This document shows positions 37,051 through 52,049 of a DNA stretch of 64,000 nt, in pieces. The stretch's first letter is position 1, and each line of letters opens with the position of its first letter. This DNA comes from Heptranchias perlo. Lineage: Eukaryota. The stretch is from the NCBI RefSeq assembly GCF_035084215.1, contig NC_090363.1, positions 3,286,001-3,350,000 of the forward strand, written 5' to 3'. The position numbers were made by a program, and so were the translations under genes. The notes under the pieces were generated by a model that was not told the origin of the DNA, ran no database searches, and saw only the letters and a program-made list of their open reading frames with translations.

Positions 37051-39088
37051 CTCAAACTTAATGTTTGCTAAGTGGCCTCTTCACCATGTGGCAGTTAATT
37101 TCTCAGAGTGTGACAATTGAATTAAAATAAATTAAAGAAAAGATAAAAATGATCCAGTCAGTGTTGAGTTAGCTGGCCTCAGCGCCGGGGAAAGGTGAGT
37201 CAGGCCTTCACATATGACATTAACACTATCCAATGGATTGTTATGGCCTCTTTTGAGATTTGGTACCCAAAAGGAATTGCTGCTCTGTTGAATGGAGATT
37301 TGTGTACGTGTGGGCATACTGATGAGTCAATTAATCTTAATCAATGATGTGGTGTGAATGTTATCTGGCACTTGTCTGTCCAAGCCTGGATTTTGACCAG
37401 GTTGTCTTGTAGCCTGCATAGGCTGTTTCGGAGCAGTTGTGAATGGAGCTGAACACTTAGAACCATCAGTAACCAGCCCCACTCCTGACAATATGATAGA
37501 GTGAAGGTCATTGATGAAATGGCTGCAGATGGTTATGCTAAGGATGCTGCCTTATGGAACTCTGGCAGAGATATCCTGGGGCTTTGATGACCAGCCCTCG
37601 GGAACTATTATCATCTTCCTGTGCATCAAGTATGACTCTATCCACTAGAGGGTTTGCCCATTGACTTGTTTGCTGATGCTTAGTTCGGGTTCCACCAGGA
37701 CCACTTGGCTCTAGACCTCTTTGCATCCTTGATCCAGACATGGATACAAGAGCTGACTGCCAGAGGACAGGTGAGAGTAGCTGCCCTTGACATCAAGGTG
37801 GCATTTGCCCAAGTATGGCACCAAGGAGGCCTAGCAAAATTGATGTTGGTGGGTAAAATCAACGTTAAGGATTCTCCCTCAATTTACCAGATTTATTGAA
37901 TACCATGGTGCGATTTTAACTCACAACCTTTGGGTTGCTAGTCCAGTACCATAATCACTATGCTACCATACCTTGATCACCAAAATTAATGGAGGGAAAA
38001 TAATAGGCAGGGGGTATGGAATTTCCACACATGTGTTCTCAGCCTGCACCGCAGGACTCTTAGCCACAGAGACCAACAGAGATGGACACATAACGTGAGT
38101 GAAATAAAGAGATGGAGAGAAGTAGACAGACAAGGAGAATGACAGATCACGGGTAGTTTTTCTAATTGGTTATGCTGTTTTCATTTGGAAAATGGGCATT
38201 ACTGATCGAAAGATAGGTCAGAAATCTCTCGTAATCACTCACATTCCTGGTGGGGGAATTGTTTGGCACCTGAAACAGGTGGGAGTTTAATTTTAATATT
38301 CAATTGAATTTGCAATGATGTAATTTGATGTGATTGTGCCTGAATTACTCCAAGTGATCGAGTCATTCATATAAAATGGCTTCCAGAGTTGCTAGGGTCA
38401 GAGGTATTTACTGAATACTTTGAACAATTTTCTGGCCATTTCTCTACTTGATTTTATTTGCTTTTTGCTGTTGTCACTTAGGAGTATTTGTGGCAAATAT
38501 TGTAATATAACCTTCACCCTGCAACAGTTTGGTTTTCCCCAGGGGAATCACCCTATGTCTGAGCTCCTTAGAGGATGAGAAGGACTAATGGAGGGTTGCC
38601 AGGCAAGTCAGGCTTACCAGAGATGTTGTGCATTCACCCGTCAGTATGGCCACACCAGATTCCAGAGGCACAGTGCACAGACCTCCATTCATCAGAGGAG
38701 CAGTTCCTGTTGGGCACCAAATCTTAACGGAGGCCATGACAGCCCACTGGATAATATCATATGAGAAGGTCTGACTCGCCATAATGCAGGAGCACTCTTC
38801 AGATGCACACCAATCAAAGTATTTTATGAAAGGCTCCAGAGAGAGACATAATACAATACATAGAGGTTTAAAAAAAAATCATGTGACGCACAAATGTTCA
38901 TAAGATATCACACAAACATAGTCCAGGAATTTCAGGCTCAGGGAGTTTTACATTTCACCAAAAACTTGCTTGGTATAAGTGTTGCACAGCCTGTTTAACA
39001 ATGGTATGCGAGCACTGTACATGTAACACAAATAATGAGAACTGTCACTTCTCTTTCCCTCAGGTGATGGTTCTTCTGCTAAGATCTC

Positions 39089-39152
39089 ATGAAGATGAAA
39101 GAGTTTCACCATATTGTGCTATTCCTGCTTCTGATTCTGGTCTCAGTATACG
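39089..39152 (+). CDS. Butyrophilin-like gene B signal-peptide exon (exon 39064-39152)
   Basis: Acceptor tctctttccctcag. MKMKEFHHIVLFLLLILVSVY-G|gtaagg, phase 1, joins the IgV exon in frame. Confidence 0.85.
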
Positions 39153-42100
39153 GTAAGGATCGTTATAACTTGTTTAATTATTTTTATATATAATACCAAG
39201 AGACCTCCCGTGATGTTCCAGTGAGGCAGAGGATTTGCGCTTTTATAACAGGAACAACATTTATGCAGTGTAGGGGAAAATGTCAGGGCCACTGATTTCC
39301 AGTGATTGAATAAGTCCAATTCCATTTTTATTAAATTATATTCTGGGATTTTTTATTGATGCTTTGAGAATTCCATTTAACAACTCTGGCATTATTCTGT
39401 GAAAACTCTAAATGACTGGCCTTTTGTATGTATTAATATATTAAAAATGTTGGCCCTGAATTTCGTGGTGGGTTCTGTCAGACTCCCGCTGCAACTCTAG
39501 TACAACCCACGGGAAACTGGCGAAGACCTGGTGATGCCAGGTTCCCACCAATTCCAGGATTTCTTGATTGGCCTTGTAAAGGGCGGAACCTCTATCCGCC
39601 AGTGACATCCGGGGAGCAGCGACATCTGGGGAGCAGAGACTCCCTGCGTCAGAGGTACCCGTATCCAGTTTCAGGACAAGGCATATTGCTGGAAGCCAGT
39701 ACACTGAGTGAGATGAGGCATACCACTCTCCAAATGGGTACAAGTGGGTCCCATCAGGTGATCCTGATTCCTGTAGGCAGCCTTAGACTGTATGCAAAGC
39801 AGATTTATGAAGATATTAGCAAGTGACAGAGCAGATGAAACAGCACCCTTGAGCCCTCACTACTTCCCTCCCTGGCTTTGACCATTACCATCAGTTCACA
39901 GAGTGGTTTCCCAGGCATGACTGTTTGTGGTTGATCTGCCTAGAGCTCTGTATACAGAATTATTGGCCCCCACTGGCATTGTAGCACACAGCTTGTTTGG
40001 CATGAAGGTGTGCTGCAGAAAGGAAACAATGCTGTGTTCTAGCTTAGTGGGAAGTCTCCGAGGGTCCAGCTAATGGACAGTTGTAATGGGACCATGCCTT
40101 ATATGAAGAAATAGTAGCAATGTATGTAAAGATGCCTGTATTTACGTTGGCTCTTCTTTTGATGAAGAGAGAAAGAGTTGGTGCTCCCATTGATCTGCTG
40201 CTGTGACTCTGCTCTATTATTTAATGTACAAGTTAAAGTTACCTGTTCCAGATCATCTTGTCCATTCGCCAAACTATTGCTCAGTCCTGCAGCTGGATAC
40301 TGATTCCACTTCTGGGACTCTACTCCTGCCTGATCATCTGGACCTTCTGCTGAGACTCTACTCTGCTACTGCTTGACTGGGTCCTTCCTACTATTAAAAG
40401 TTAACCCTCTGATGGACTTGGGTGTCTATACTGACTTGCATGCGACCTTCTTCCAGACAGGTTGGGCCTCCAAAAAAGGGCACTGTTTTGCCATTCTCCT
40501 GCAAGAGGACCTCCCGAGCATCATTGCTCTTGCCCATCTCAAATGTCCCCTCCACCTTCACCTTCATCCAACTGTAGACCTCCTCTCCTTCCCTTTAAAG
40601 CCAGCAGTGCCCTTTTGGTTGACCTAATATTCTGACTTGCAGCCAACCAACCTCCTGGCCTGGCTTCCTGTCCATGGTTAAAATTAAGGGGAGGGGTCTA
40701 AATCAGAAAATTGTGCCAGGCGAAGAATGTAGGTGCACAGAAATAAAGAAGAAAAAACAGTGGAGGAATGAAGCAGATGGAAAATTGAACTTCCTTTGTG
40801 GCAGCTGAGGCACATGGCTGCTTGTTTATCTCGTACGTATGCTCTCTGCCCAACCTGCCAACCCACCCAGTCTATAATGAAAAACTGTCTTGTAGCTGCA
40901 CTGTGGCACGGGCAATGAGGTCTGGGTGGGACATAGTGTGTGTCAGAACTAAAGCGGGGAGATTCCTGCACGTACTCGGAGGTACAGGGTCCCTCAGTCT
41001 TGGTCGCACTAGGGATGGTTTCCTGCACCTGGAAATATTTGACTTTAGGGAGGGAATGTAGAGTTTGGGAGCAATAGTGCTGATGGAGGGGGTAACGAGC
41101 TTGGGGGAGGAAGTCCTTGGGTCTAAATTGTCACTCCAGGTATTTTTCTTGGGTGCAACATCTCAAATCACTCTCAAGCAAGTCCCCACTCTCTTTGAAC
41201 TGGATTATGCCTCTAATTGCCACTGATAATTTGTAGCGAGACTGTTAATTGAACAGGAAACCTTTGGCACTGTATTCCAGCTCTTTGGTTTGATAATGTG
41301 TCCTCACATGATCATCTTCGACTTCAGAAGATGGTAGAATGAACACTCCAATGAACCATGCTCTCTGCTGCGAACTGCCAAGTAGATTTATTAAACCGTA
41401 AATAGATAAGTGAATAGGCGCCCTCTACAGAGCATCTGGAATCTGAGTGAACAATACAAGCAAATGTGTATCTCCTTGACCAATCAGATTGAAGGATTGT
41501 GAAATTAACAGCGCAAAGACTAAGAAGGAAGTGTAAGTTAGAGTAATGAATTTAATGTCAAATCAGGTACGGAAAGAAAGTTTGGATTAGGAGAAAGAGA
41601 AAAAAGAGACAAAGAAAAAATCTCCAATAACCATTAAAACCTGAAGGAATAAGACTGCGCACTTGTAATAGTTAATTTTCAGTGCCAGAGAGGTTGACTG
41701 GCAGTAATTAACACTTACCACGTTGTTAAAAGGTACGTAGACTTGAAATGGCTTGACTTAACTTTCTGTTGCTACCGTGCAAGTACAGGAAGTTCACACC
41801 TCTCCGCAATTGAATGGGGAGCCAGACAGCGAGATACCGTTTTCGGAAGCTAATGGTGGAGTGGTGCATCTCCGACAGCGACCTTTTGATTTCCATGTTT
41901 AATTGCGCATCTTCCCTCGCCTGAAGTTGCGGTGGGATTTGCATACAAATAACAGTGAGCACTATTAGCCTTGCCGTTATTTTGACGGGAAATTTTGAGC
42001 CATTATTTTTCCTGGAACCTGAGTTTTTAACTTTGCGTTAATCTCTCCCAGCAGACAAACCCCACACCAAAATAAAATGGCAAACAACCCATGGAGATAT

Positions 42101-42649
42101 TGATTTGCCTCCTGCTTTCTTCCCTTGATCACTGGTCTCCCAGCACAAACTCTCCTTATCCGAATTTTGTCACTTTTAGTTTGGGGCTTTGTATCCAGCC
42201 TTGTCCTTGCCGTACTTTTCACAGTCCTTGGAAATTTCACCACCCAATTGTTTTCTTTAGCATTTAATCCCACTCACGCCTCCCTTGTGCTCAGTGACAG
42301 TGGATTGCCACCTCCAATGGCTGTGCTGCGTACAGTTGAGGAAAAGGTCCCCAAGACATTGTGGTAGTTCCTCCGAGGGAGACATAATACTAACAGGACT
42401 CGCAAATATTTACAAGCTGTGTAAATATATGTTAAAACAAACTCCAGAAATCTACCAAATTAATCATTTCAATTTGATGGTATTAAATTAGAATCAATAA
42501 CTTGCTGAGTTCATGTTCTTTTACAAGCACAGTTCTGGAGGAAATGTATATTGTACTATATATTTTAAATGATCAGTTACCTTAAATGTATTTTGCCTTC
42601 TGTAGTTTGTGAAGAATTGATTTTGTTTTTAAATGTTATTGTTCACTAG

Positions 42650-42997
42650 GTAAATTCCTCGTTCTTGGACCTGGTGATCCTGTTGTAGCTATTGCAGGTG
42701 ACGATGTTCTATTGGACTGTCAGCTTGTGCCAGATATATCCGCCAGCAACATGGTGGTGCGATGGCTTAAATCAGGTCTTGATTTGCCAGTACACGTGTA
42801 CAGAAACGGAGAAGATGAAACTGCTGCTCAACACAAGGATTACAGAGGAAGGACTGAACTGTTCAAAGATGAACTGACCAAAGGAAACGTTTCTCTTAGA
42901 ATAAAGAACACAAGAATAATTGATGCAGGGACTTATACATGTTTAGTTGATGACAAAACCGATAATGAAGAAACTGCAGTTAGACTGGACGTTCTAG
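42650..42997 (+). CDS. Butyrophilin-like gene B IgV exon
   Basis: 348 nt. KFLVLGPGDPVVAIAGDDVLLDCQLVP...MVVRW...YRGRTELFKDELTKGNVSLRI...DAGTYTC. Confidence 0.95.
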
Positions 42998-43499
42998 GTT
43001 AGTAAATATCTACTTACACATTAATAACTTTGGAGAAGTAATATGTTTGTGTCTTTGTTGACCCCTGTTTAAGTTGCAAATGGTTTAAAAATAGGTTTCT
43101 TTAGCAGTTGGTGTAATATTCAATATATTAATTTCACACTCCCAATGGTGAAGCTGCACTCATTAAGGGAGCATGGGTTGGAGATGGGTAATGAAATTAG
43201 TCCTGTAGTAATAGTTAATTATGCAACAATAAATTTCATGAGGAATACATTTTCAGCACTGGTTTGTTAAAGAAAAATATTCAAAAGGTCAGAAACTAAA
43301 GGATGTTGAAATTAAGAACATTTGTTTATAATGGCTTAATTAAGAACATATGCTGGTAACATTCATTTTTTAATTTATGATTTCATATATTTTGTTGACT
43401 TAAATTACTTTTAAAGGGAGAGTAATATTGGGTGGGATGTAAAACCAGTGTTCCACCCAATCCTGTGGGTTTCCAGCCCGACCAGTTAGGTTAAAATTA

Positions 43500-44255
43500 C
43501 CCTCGTTTTCAGCCCCACCACAAACATCGTTCCTTGGCCACCGATTCCTGGCCCCTGTCTCAGGCTGAACCAGATTGTTCGCAACCTCGGCATCCTATTT
43601 GACCCTGAGCTGACCTTCTAACCCCATATCCTCTCTATCACCAAGACTGCCTATTTCCACCTCCGTAATATCGCCCATCTCTGCTCCTGCTTTAACCCAT
43701 CTGCTGCTGAATCCCACATCCATGCTTTTGTTACCTCTAGAATCGACTATTTCAATATTCTCCTGGCCGGCCTCCCATCTTCCATCCTCCATAAACTTAA
43801 GCTCATCCAATACTCTGCTGCCCAAATCCTAGCCCCCACTTAGTCCCGTTCACCCATCACCCCTGTGCTTGCTGACCTACATTGGCTTTCGGTCCCCAAA
43901 CGACTCAATTTTAAATTCTCCCTATCTGTAACCTCCTCCAGCCCAACAACCCTCCGAGAACTCTGTGTTTCTCCAACTCTGGCCTCTTGTCAATCCGCTA
44001 CTTCCCTCACCACCCCACCATTGGCGGCCATGCCTTCAGCTGTCTAGGCACTGAGCTCTGGAATTACCTCTCTGCATCTCCAACTCTCTCTCTCCTCCTT
44101 TTAAGACTCTCCTTAAAACCTACCTCTTTAGGACAGTTGGTCAATGTTATCTTCTTTGGATCGGTGTCAATTTTTGTCTGATTACGCTCCTGTGAAGCGC
44201 CTTGGGACGTTTTACTACATTTAAAGGCACTGTATAAATGTAAGTTGTTATTGTA
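43500..44255 (+). mobile_element. L2 LINE 3' end
   Basis: HITPVLADLHWL; tail ...tataaatgtaagttgttattgt. Confidence 0.8.
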
Positions 44256-44924
44256 ACACCACTAGCTACTTTTTCTCAGGCAAAGCATTTCCATTTATCA
44301 TCATCCTCTGTCTTTTTGCCAATTCCCAATCCCTCCAGACAACTTGTCAACCATTCCATGAACCTTAAGTTTCCTCATTAACCCCCACACGAAGAACTTT
44401 GTTAAATGTGTTTTGATAATTGAAGTAAACTATATATACTGGATTACCTTCATCCACTAGTTTAGTTACCCTCTGAAAGAATTCTAGTAGGTTTGCAGGG
44501 CTTGACCTATTACTTTGCAAACCCATGCTGTCCACCACACATGATGTACTTTTTAAATGCTTGCTTCAAGCATCCCGTAAAATGCCCTCCAGTATTTTTC
44601 CACTATGGATCCTGGGACCCTGAAACTCCACGGGGGTTCTCTGGTGTCCTGCTGTAACTTTTGGCAGGAGATTGTTTGAATCCCCAGAGGAATGTTTTTA
44701 GCCATTTACACACTTTTCACAAGGTTCCACCAGTCTCCCACCAAAGCTACAGTGGGAAACCAGGAGAAAGAACCCCCGCAGAGCTTAGATCTGTAATTAT
44801 CGGGGTCATACTTTAGTCCTTTTTTAATATTGGAATATATTTACTACCCTTCAATTCTCAGCTGCTTCTCCAGTATTAATGGATGTCTGAAAAAATTCTA
44901 ACCACCCCTTGTGTAAAGACATAG

Positions 44925-45110
44925 GGGGTAATTTTAACCTAACTCGCTGGGTGGGAATCCCACGGGATCGAGTGAAACACCTGTTCTCCACCCCGCCCAA
45001 CATTACTCTCGGTTGACTTCAATGGAAAGTAAAATCAGGCGGGGTGTAAAACCAGCGTTCCACCCGATCCCGTCAGCTTCCCGACTGGCGGGTTAGGTTG
45101 AAATTGCCCC
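44925..45110. mobile_element. MITE with TIR ggggtaattttaaccta / taggttgaaattgcccc
   Basis: Imperfect palindrome. Partial copies near 14250-14330 and 43420-43503. Confidence 0.65.
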
Positions 45111-46149
45111 CATTATTTTTCTAACCATCCATTCATTCTTTTTGTAATTGTCTTAAATTTGAGCCCTCTTTACTGTGTTGCCAACCAGTGGGAATGGTCT
45201 TAACTCTATTTACCGTATTATAATTTTTCATAATATTGAAGACCTCTACCAAGCCATCCTTAACCTTCTCAGTGGCTTTGAAAAAAGGCATAACTTCTCA
45301 AGTCTCCATCTCTATAGCCCCTCATCCTAGTGATTCTATGATGCACCTATTCCACTGCTTTAACATCTGCCCTATAATGGGGTGTCCTAAACGATATAAT
45401 ACTCCAATTAAAGTCTTGTAAAGTTCAACATTAACTCCTCCATTTTGTGTCGTTTGCTGCTAGATACAAAACCAAAGATTCAGTTTGCCCTATTCATCCC
45501 CTTGAGTATGTTTCTAGGACCATTGCAGGGAGCCTTGGGACACTGGCAAGGAAGGTTCTGGGATCTGTTGTGGGGGTGGGGAGGGGGGGAAGGGAGCAGA
45601 GGCTGAGGTGAGTGATCCTGGGGTCAATTAGGACTTGGGGGGTACATTTTGGATCATTGAAGGGCAGAGTCTGGCAGTACTGAAGAGGAGCAGGGTACAT
45701 GTGCAGGGTGGGTGGGGACCGTGCAGTGCAGTGGAGTGGGGAGGGGGCTGGGGCTGGAGAATGGGACCCAAACTGCCCGTGGACTCCCTCAGACCATCAG
45801 GTGTTATTCTCCAATCATAATCTTGCCCAGTTCTCCATAGCCCCTTTTTGTGCTGTCAGATTCCCCCTCCTCACTGTTATCCCCATAATTAGTGATTCCT
45901 GCCCTCAAGCAATTAAGAGTAAAATTTTGCTTCTGAATTTCTGATGCACACTGAAAGTGGATAGGCTAGAAATTTTTCTAAAAGCTTCTTGGGGTTTGAT
46001 TTGGATTGGGTAAAACTTCTGCACACCCAGTGGACGTGCCCCGGCCCACATCCCAAAGTTTTGGTTTGCTGCTTTATCTACAGCAATCAATTGCTCTGCT
46101 GTAGCCTTTTAAATTACAAGTAGTCCTACTTCTACTATGACCAGGTCCT

Positions 46150-49100
46150 CGTAAGCACGATAAAGGGATTGCTACATTAGTGGGGTTGTACCACAGATCC
46201 CCTAATTGTGGGAGGAAATAGAAGAGGAAGTCTGTAGATCAATAAGGGAATGGGTAGGAATAAGACAATTATTGTTCTTGGTAATTTTAATTATCCACAT
46301 ATTGATTTGGACAGGGAGGGAATAAAGAGAAAAAGTAATGGAATTCCTAAAATGTGTGCAAGACACCTTCCTCAAGTAATATATTTATATGCCTACAAGG
46401 GGACAGGTGTTGCTAGATCTAGTTATAAATAACAAATTAGATCAAGTCGATTAGTTAAATGTGTTTGAGCACCTTGGGAGTAGTGACCGTATGATAAGAT
46501 TTAAGATCCTAATAGAAAGGTTAATACAAAAAGGGCACCAGACTTTAACAGGGCAGATTTTAAAAAGATGAGTTAGCTCGCTGAGGTGAGGTGGAGAGAG
46601 AAATTGGCATTTAGTACTGTAGATCAATAATATATTTAAAGTGCGATTACAAAGTTGCACAATAAATATATACCATTTTTAAAAAAAAAAGACTGCTGTG
46701 GAGAAACAGAGGTTAGAGATAAACTAAAATGTCGGGCTTGTAGGTATGATAAGAAAGAATGCAAGAAAATGAGGAACAAGATTAACAGAGGGATAGGAAA
46801 AGCAAGGAAGGAGTATGAGGAGCAAATCTTAATATTAAAAATAACAGTATTCTACAAATGTACCAATAAAAAGAGAATTGTTAAATGTCAGGTGGGACTG
46901 TGAGGATCGTGAGCAGAGAATAAGTGGAAATTGGCAGGGAAACTTCGGGCTCAATTTTAAAATCAAATTTTGGGGGCAGGGGGACTGCGAAAATCCCGAG
47001 CTGGTTCGGAAGCCGGCTCCAACCCGCCGACTTCCGAGTTCCCCACAGACACGCCTGTGTGTGCGCCCACTTCATGAAACCGGTAGTCCCGCTGGCAATT
47101 AAAGCCAGCAGGATGATAGTTAAAGAACCAAATGTACCTCATTGAGGTACTTAAGGTACTTTATTTCTGATGTAGTAGATAGTTAAAACGATTTTAAACT
47201 TACCTGGGTGGCTTTCCCATGGCTTCCGATTCACATCTGGTGAAACCAGGCATGAAGAGCCAGATGAGGCAAAAATAAACAAAATAAAAAACCACTGCAC
47301 AAAGTTTAAAAAAACAAAATAAACCAGCCTTTCCACCCTGCTCCATTGTCCGATGTTTCCCTCTCTGATCTTCCTTTCTCTTTTTTTTTTCCCCCCCCCA
47401 CCCCCCGATCTTCCCCTCTCCACTTCTCCCTCTTTTTTCCACCCTCACCCAAGATCTTCAGCATCCTCCACTCTTTGTTCCAGCGCCGGATGATGTGTCT
47501 CTCTCTCTCTCTCTCTCTCTCTTTTTCTCTTCCCCCGCCCCCGGTGTTGCAGCTCCTGTCGGCAGCCAACCTGTCAATCAGGCTGGCTGCCGGGCGCGAA
47601 ACCCGGAAACAACTTTAATCATCATCAATTACATTGCGATCACGTCGGAAAAGGTAACTTTTTTTTTTAAATTCGGGTTTGCCACACGCACCTTCCCCAC
47701 GCGCGCCCCCCCCCCCCCACCAACCTGCAACCATTTCAAAATTGAGCCCTTTGCTTCAGTACTTTTCAAAATCTGTTTCCTTTAATTGATCAAAAGCAAA
47801 ATGAAGATATTATGATGAATAAAGAGAAAGTATTAGAGATGGTGGTTAAGCTAAAGGAGGACAACGTGCTGGAGATACATCCAAGGATCCTGGGGGAAAT
47901 GGGGCAAAATAGTGGAGGTCCTAAAAATTATATTTCATAGTTGTATTAAGAGTTGATGTATGCCAGAGGACTGGAGGATGGTCAATTTAATGCCCATTTC
48001 AAAAAGGAGACAGAGCTCACCTGAGTAATTACAGGCCAGCTTAACATCTGAGGCCGGGAAAATTTTGGAATCTTTAAAAATGAAAAAATGTCTAGATGAA
48101 GACAAAATAATTAGAAGCAGCCAACATGGATTTCAGAAACCTGTGTTTGACAAATCTGATCGAGTTCTTTGAGGAGCTGACTCATATGGTGGCTGGTGGA
48201 AATGCAATGAATGTGGTGTACATGGACTTTCAGAAAGCTTTTACAAGGTACCAGACAGGAGACTATTGGAGTAGATTAAGGGGAATGGAATTAGGGAGAA
48301 GGTAGGGAATTGGATTATGAACTGGTGGAAGCAGAGAGTAGGAGTTACGGGCAGGTTCTCAGCATAGTTGGAAGTGGGTAGCGGTGTCCCACAGGGTACT
48401 GTACTGGGTCTGCTTCTATTCACTGTGTACATCAATGATTTGGATATAGGGCTAGAGAGAGTGGTGCCCAAATTTGCAGAAGAAACTAAAATAGAAGGCA
48501 TAGGAAATAATTCTGAGGGCTAAAGGAAGCTGCAAGGGAATATTGATGAGATGGTGGAATGGGCAAAAAAAGTGGCAGATGGAATTCAATGTAAGTAAAT
48601 GTGAGGTGGTACATTTTGGTTTAAAAAAAATAAAAGTATATTTTAAATTGGGGAAAGCTGGGTGACGTGGACTAACAGAAGGATTTGGTGGTTCAGGTTT
48701 ACAAGACCTTAAAAACAGCACCTCAATTGAACAAGGCTATTGACACAAAGGTAATGCTATAAAAATCGAGATGTGATGATGAATCTATATAACATCTTAG
48801 TAAGACCACAGTTGGGAGTACAGTGTGCAGTTTTGGGCTCCACCCTATAGGAAGGATGTTGCGACTATAGGGAGGGTACAGCACCGATTCACTAGGATGC
48901 GGTCTGGTATGAGGAAGTGCAAATGTGAAAAAAGCCTTGAAAAACTGGGGCTGCTTTCATTAGAAGCGAGGAGATTAAGGGGGAATTTGCTAAGAGTTTA
49001 AAATTATAAAGGGATGGGTCAAAGTAAATAGAAATAAGATTGTTACCAGTGATTGAGGGGTCTAGAAAGAAGGGACATAGACACAAGATTAAATATAACT

Positions 49101-49330
49101 GTTTTAGGACAGTGAGCAGGAGAAACTTTTTTTTATACAGAGGATGGTGAGGCTGTGGAATACACGACTAGAGTTTGTGATTGAAGCAGAGACCATGTCA
49201 ACATTTAAGAATAGGTCAGATAGATGGTTGAAGGAAAGGAGAATAAAGGGATATGGGAACAGAGCGGTCACGTGGTATTAGGGTCACTGCTCATGTGAAG
49301 GATAAACACCCAACACACAGACTGTTCATG
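46150..49330 (+). mobile_element. Old degenerate CR1 with nested TIR element
   Basis: IVLGNFNYPHID, GVPQGTVLG, CEVVHFG remnants. Confidence 0.75.
46947..47749. mobile_element. Non-autonomous DNA transposon (TIR gggctcaatttt), Harbinger-like
   Basis: TIRs at both ends and a 3-bp TSD-like ttc/ttt. Interrupts CR1. Confidence 0.75.
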
Positions 49331-52049
49331 TGGTAATTTGTATGTAATACTATGTTTAAAAGAAAAAGCACACCTGCTTTCTGCAGGCTCAAATTGTGGT
49401 GGAGGCAAATGAAGTGGGATTGATGGGAGTTCTGATGGAGACACCTCTTAGTGATGTCTGCGCGTAAGTGGGCGAGTGCAGAAAGTGCCTGTTTCCACTT
49501 CCATAAGAACTTTCAGTGGGCACAAAAGCGGCGAATGCTCAGCCTAATCAGGTCTTATCCCAAATTAAGCCTCTGCCCACTCAGACAATCGTGCTGCTGT
49601 ACCCCCAGGTCCAGAAATTTCAGCCTGCATATTGGGAAATTACACACCTCCAGCCCATGAATTGGTACTCCTGGTGTATGTCAGTGAAGGGACCTGTCAC
49701 TCCTACCTGGCCTGGCTTCTGTGTGACTCCAGCCCCACATTACATGGTTGACTCGATGTCCTCAGGGCAATTAGGGTTGGGAAATAAATACTGCCTTGCC
49801 AGTGTCGCCCACATCCCAAGAACAGATTAAAAAACCCTCCAGGCATTTCTTGTACTGCCTCTATCTGATTACCCCTTCCCTTCCTTTCTTATGCCTCTCT
49901 AGCTGTGGGCTAACTCCCTCCTGTAAACTCTGGGAATCCTTTTTCCTCCTGTATAGTGTGGAGTTTTTCCAATTGTTTTCTCAAGTTCAGTAACTTTGAG
50001 CTTGTGTGAGTCCAGCTGGAGTCAGTTCTTACACCTGTGATTGTCCTGCACATTCATGAGGGGAGAATGTTTTGCTCTAGCACTCCCTGCACATGAAATT
50101 CCCAGGGAATTTGTGCACCCAAACCCAAGGGCCGCAAACGCGCTTATTTCCGGTTTAACTGCAGCGGGTTTGGGGTCGTCTGAGTAAACCACTCTGTGGA
50201 GGTGGGTCAGTGATTTTAATATGTTAATGAGGCTGTGTTCCTCAGATTTTGGCAGCCATTTAAATTGAACGGCTGTGGGCCTTGTTTCCCAGGGCTCAGC
50301 AAACATGGCAGCTAAAGGGAGGCAGGGGCTGCCGGGTCCATCGGGTAAGTGGTTTTCCAGCACTGTTTGTGGGCCAGGAGGAGCAGAAGTCAGGCCCACC
50401 CCCCTCCGGGCCCCTTAAGCAAACCTGCTGCAATCGGCTGACACCCCCTTCTCCCTTCTTCCCCCCCCGCTACCCCCCCGGCAATATCTCCCTCCTCGCT
50501 GCCGCGCTTTGAGCCCCAACCCCTGATCTTCTTGATTACTGGGGACCGTCCCCAGCGGTCCCCGGCTGCTGCCTTGTACCACAGGCTTTCCCAGCTGACC
50601 AGCCCCTCAATTTGACCAGTTGTCGGGCGGGAAACGGAGTAAAAAAATTCGAATGAGGTCCTGCCGTTAAATTTAGCAGAATCTCCACCTTCCTGGTATT
50701 TCCGGGTTTTCCGGCTGCTGACACTTGGCCCCGCTCCCTCCTCACCTCCCCGTAAATATCGAGGCCCATGATGTTCCATCTATGAATTTTTATAGGTGGA
50801 AAATAACAGGCTGGGGTTACACACTTTCCTGATGGATGCTTCCGGCACAAGCTGGGAACATGGATCCGTGAAATTTTCCCTATAGTTTCCAGAAACTCCC
50901 ACATCATGCAAATTCCGTACAACATGGTTTTCACTGACCTGGCAAAGTAAATTGTGTCAAAGGGCTTGAAAACTGAAATACACTGAAGTTCAGGCCAAAC
51001 TCCCACTACTCACTCAGCTGCCTTCTCACTCCACTGGCCTCTTGCACTTTGATTGGATCTATTTTTGAAGTACAGTCACTGTTGTAATGGAGGACAATGT
51101 GGCAGCCAGTTTGTGCACAGCAAGATCCCATGAATAGCAAGTGACCAGTTAATCTTTTTTTTGGAATGGTGTTGGTTGAGGGAGGAACGTTGGCCAGACA
51201 TCGGGAGAACTCTCAGCTCTTTGAATAGTGCTATTAGGTGTTGGTCCTGAAAATGTGCAGGATGCGATCCTGATCGTGACACTGGCCTCGTGCTCGAGGG
51301 TGCCCTCTAGTACTGACACTGCTGCTTTTGAGGGCTAAGTAGGATGGTGGAAATAATAAACTATGCATCCGAGTTGACCTCACTCACCTTGACCACTCGT
51401 GTCAAAACATTGAACTTCTTCCTGCACTGCATCCATATTCATGATGCTGTGTGCCTGGTATTGACTTCATCCCCTGCTGCCTCTCACTGTCTTCTGAGTA
51501 CATGTCTGGAGGGCCTCTTGTCCACCACCACCCCCGCCCCCCCTGCCCAGCAGATATAGGATGTCTCTCCTCTGTCCACCTCTTGCACCCAAGGTCTCTA
51601 GTGCATCAGCAGAGAATCTTGGTGCATGCACTTTCGCAGGCCTGGTACCAACTCAAATCGGCAGATTGTTGAGGTCTGGCGTGCAGATTAGAGGATGTGG
51701 GATTTAGTAGTGCGCAACCTTTATTCAATGTTTAAACATAACTCATCAATGTGTAAACAGAGGGATGGGATCTGCATCTGTGTTTTATGTGTGCAATGTC
51801 TGATCTCTGTTCAGACTCCATGCAGACAGCAGACTGTTATTTTCAGCAAATAACAGGTACCAGCTACCTTTAAGAGATTTCTAAGAAACATCTGGCCTTT
51901 GAGATTGAGCTCCCTCTGGTGGTGGAAAGTGCGAATTGCATTGATTCCACGTGCAAGGCCTGGAAAGTGCTCCCTTGGGTCCAAATTTGCGTCTTGCCTG
52001 CCCGGGGTCCGTCGGGCGCATCGCGCTAACGTGGACCAGAACGGATCCT

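Noticed and set aside
47151-47785. Cluster of overlapping low-complexity ORFs
   Set aside because: Derived from CT/GA microsatellite inside a TIR element; no coding signature.
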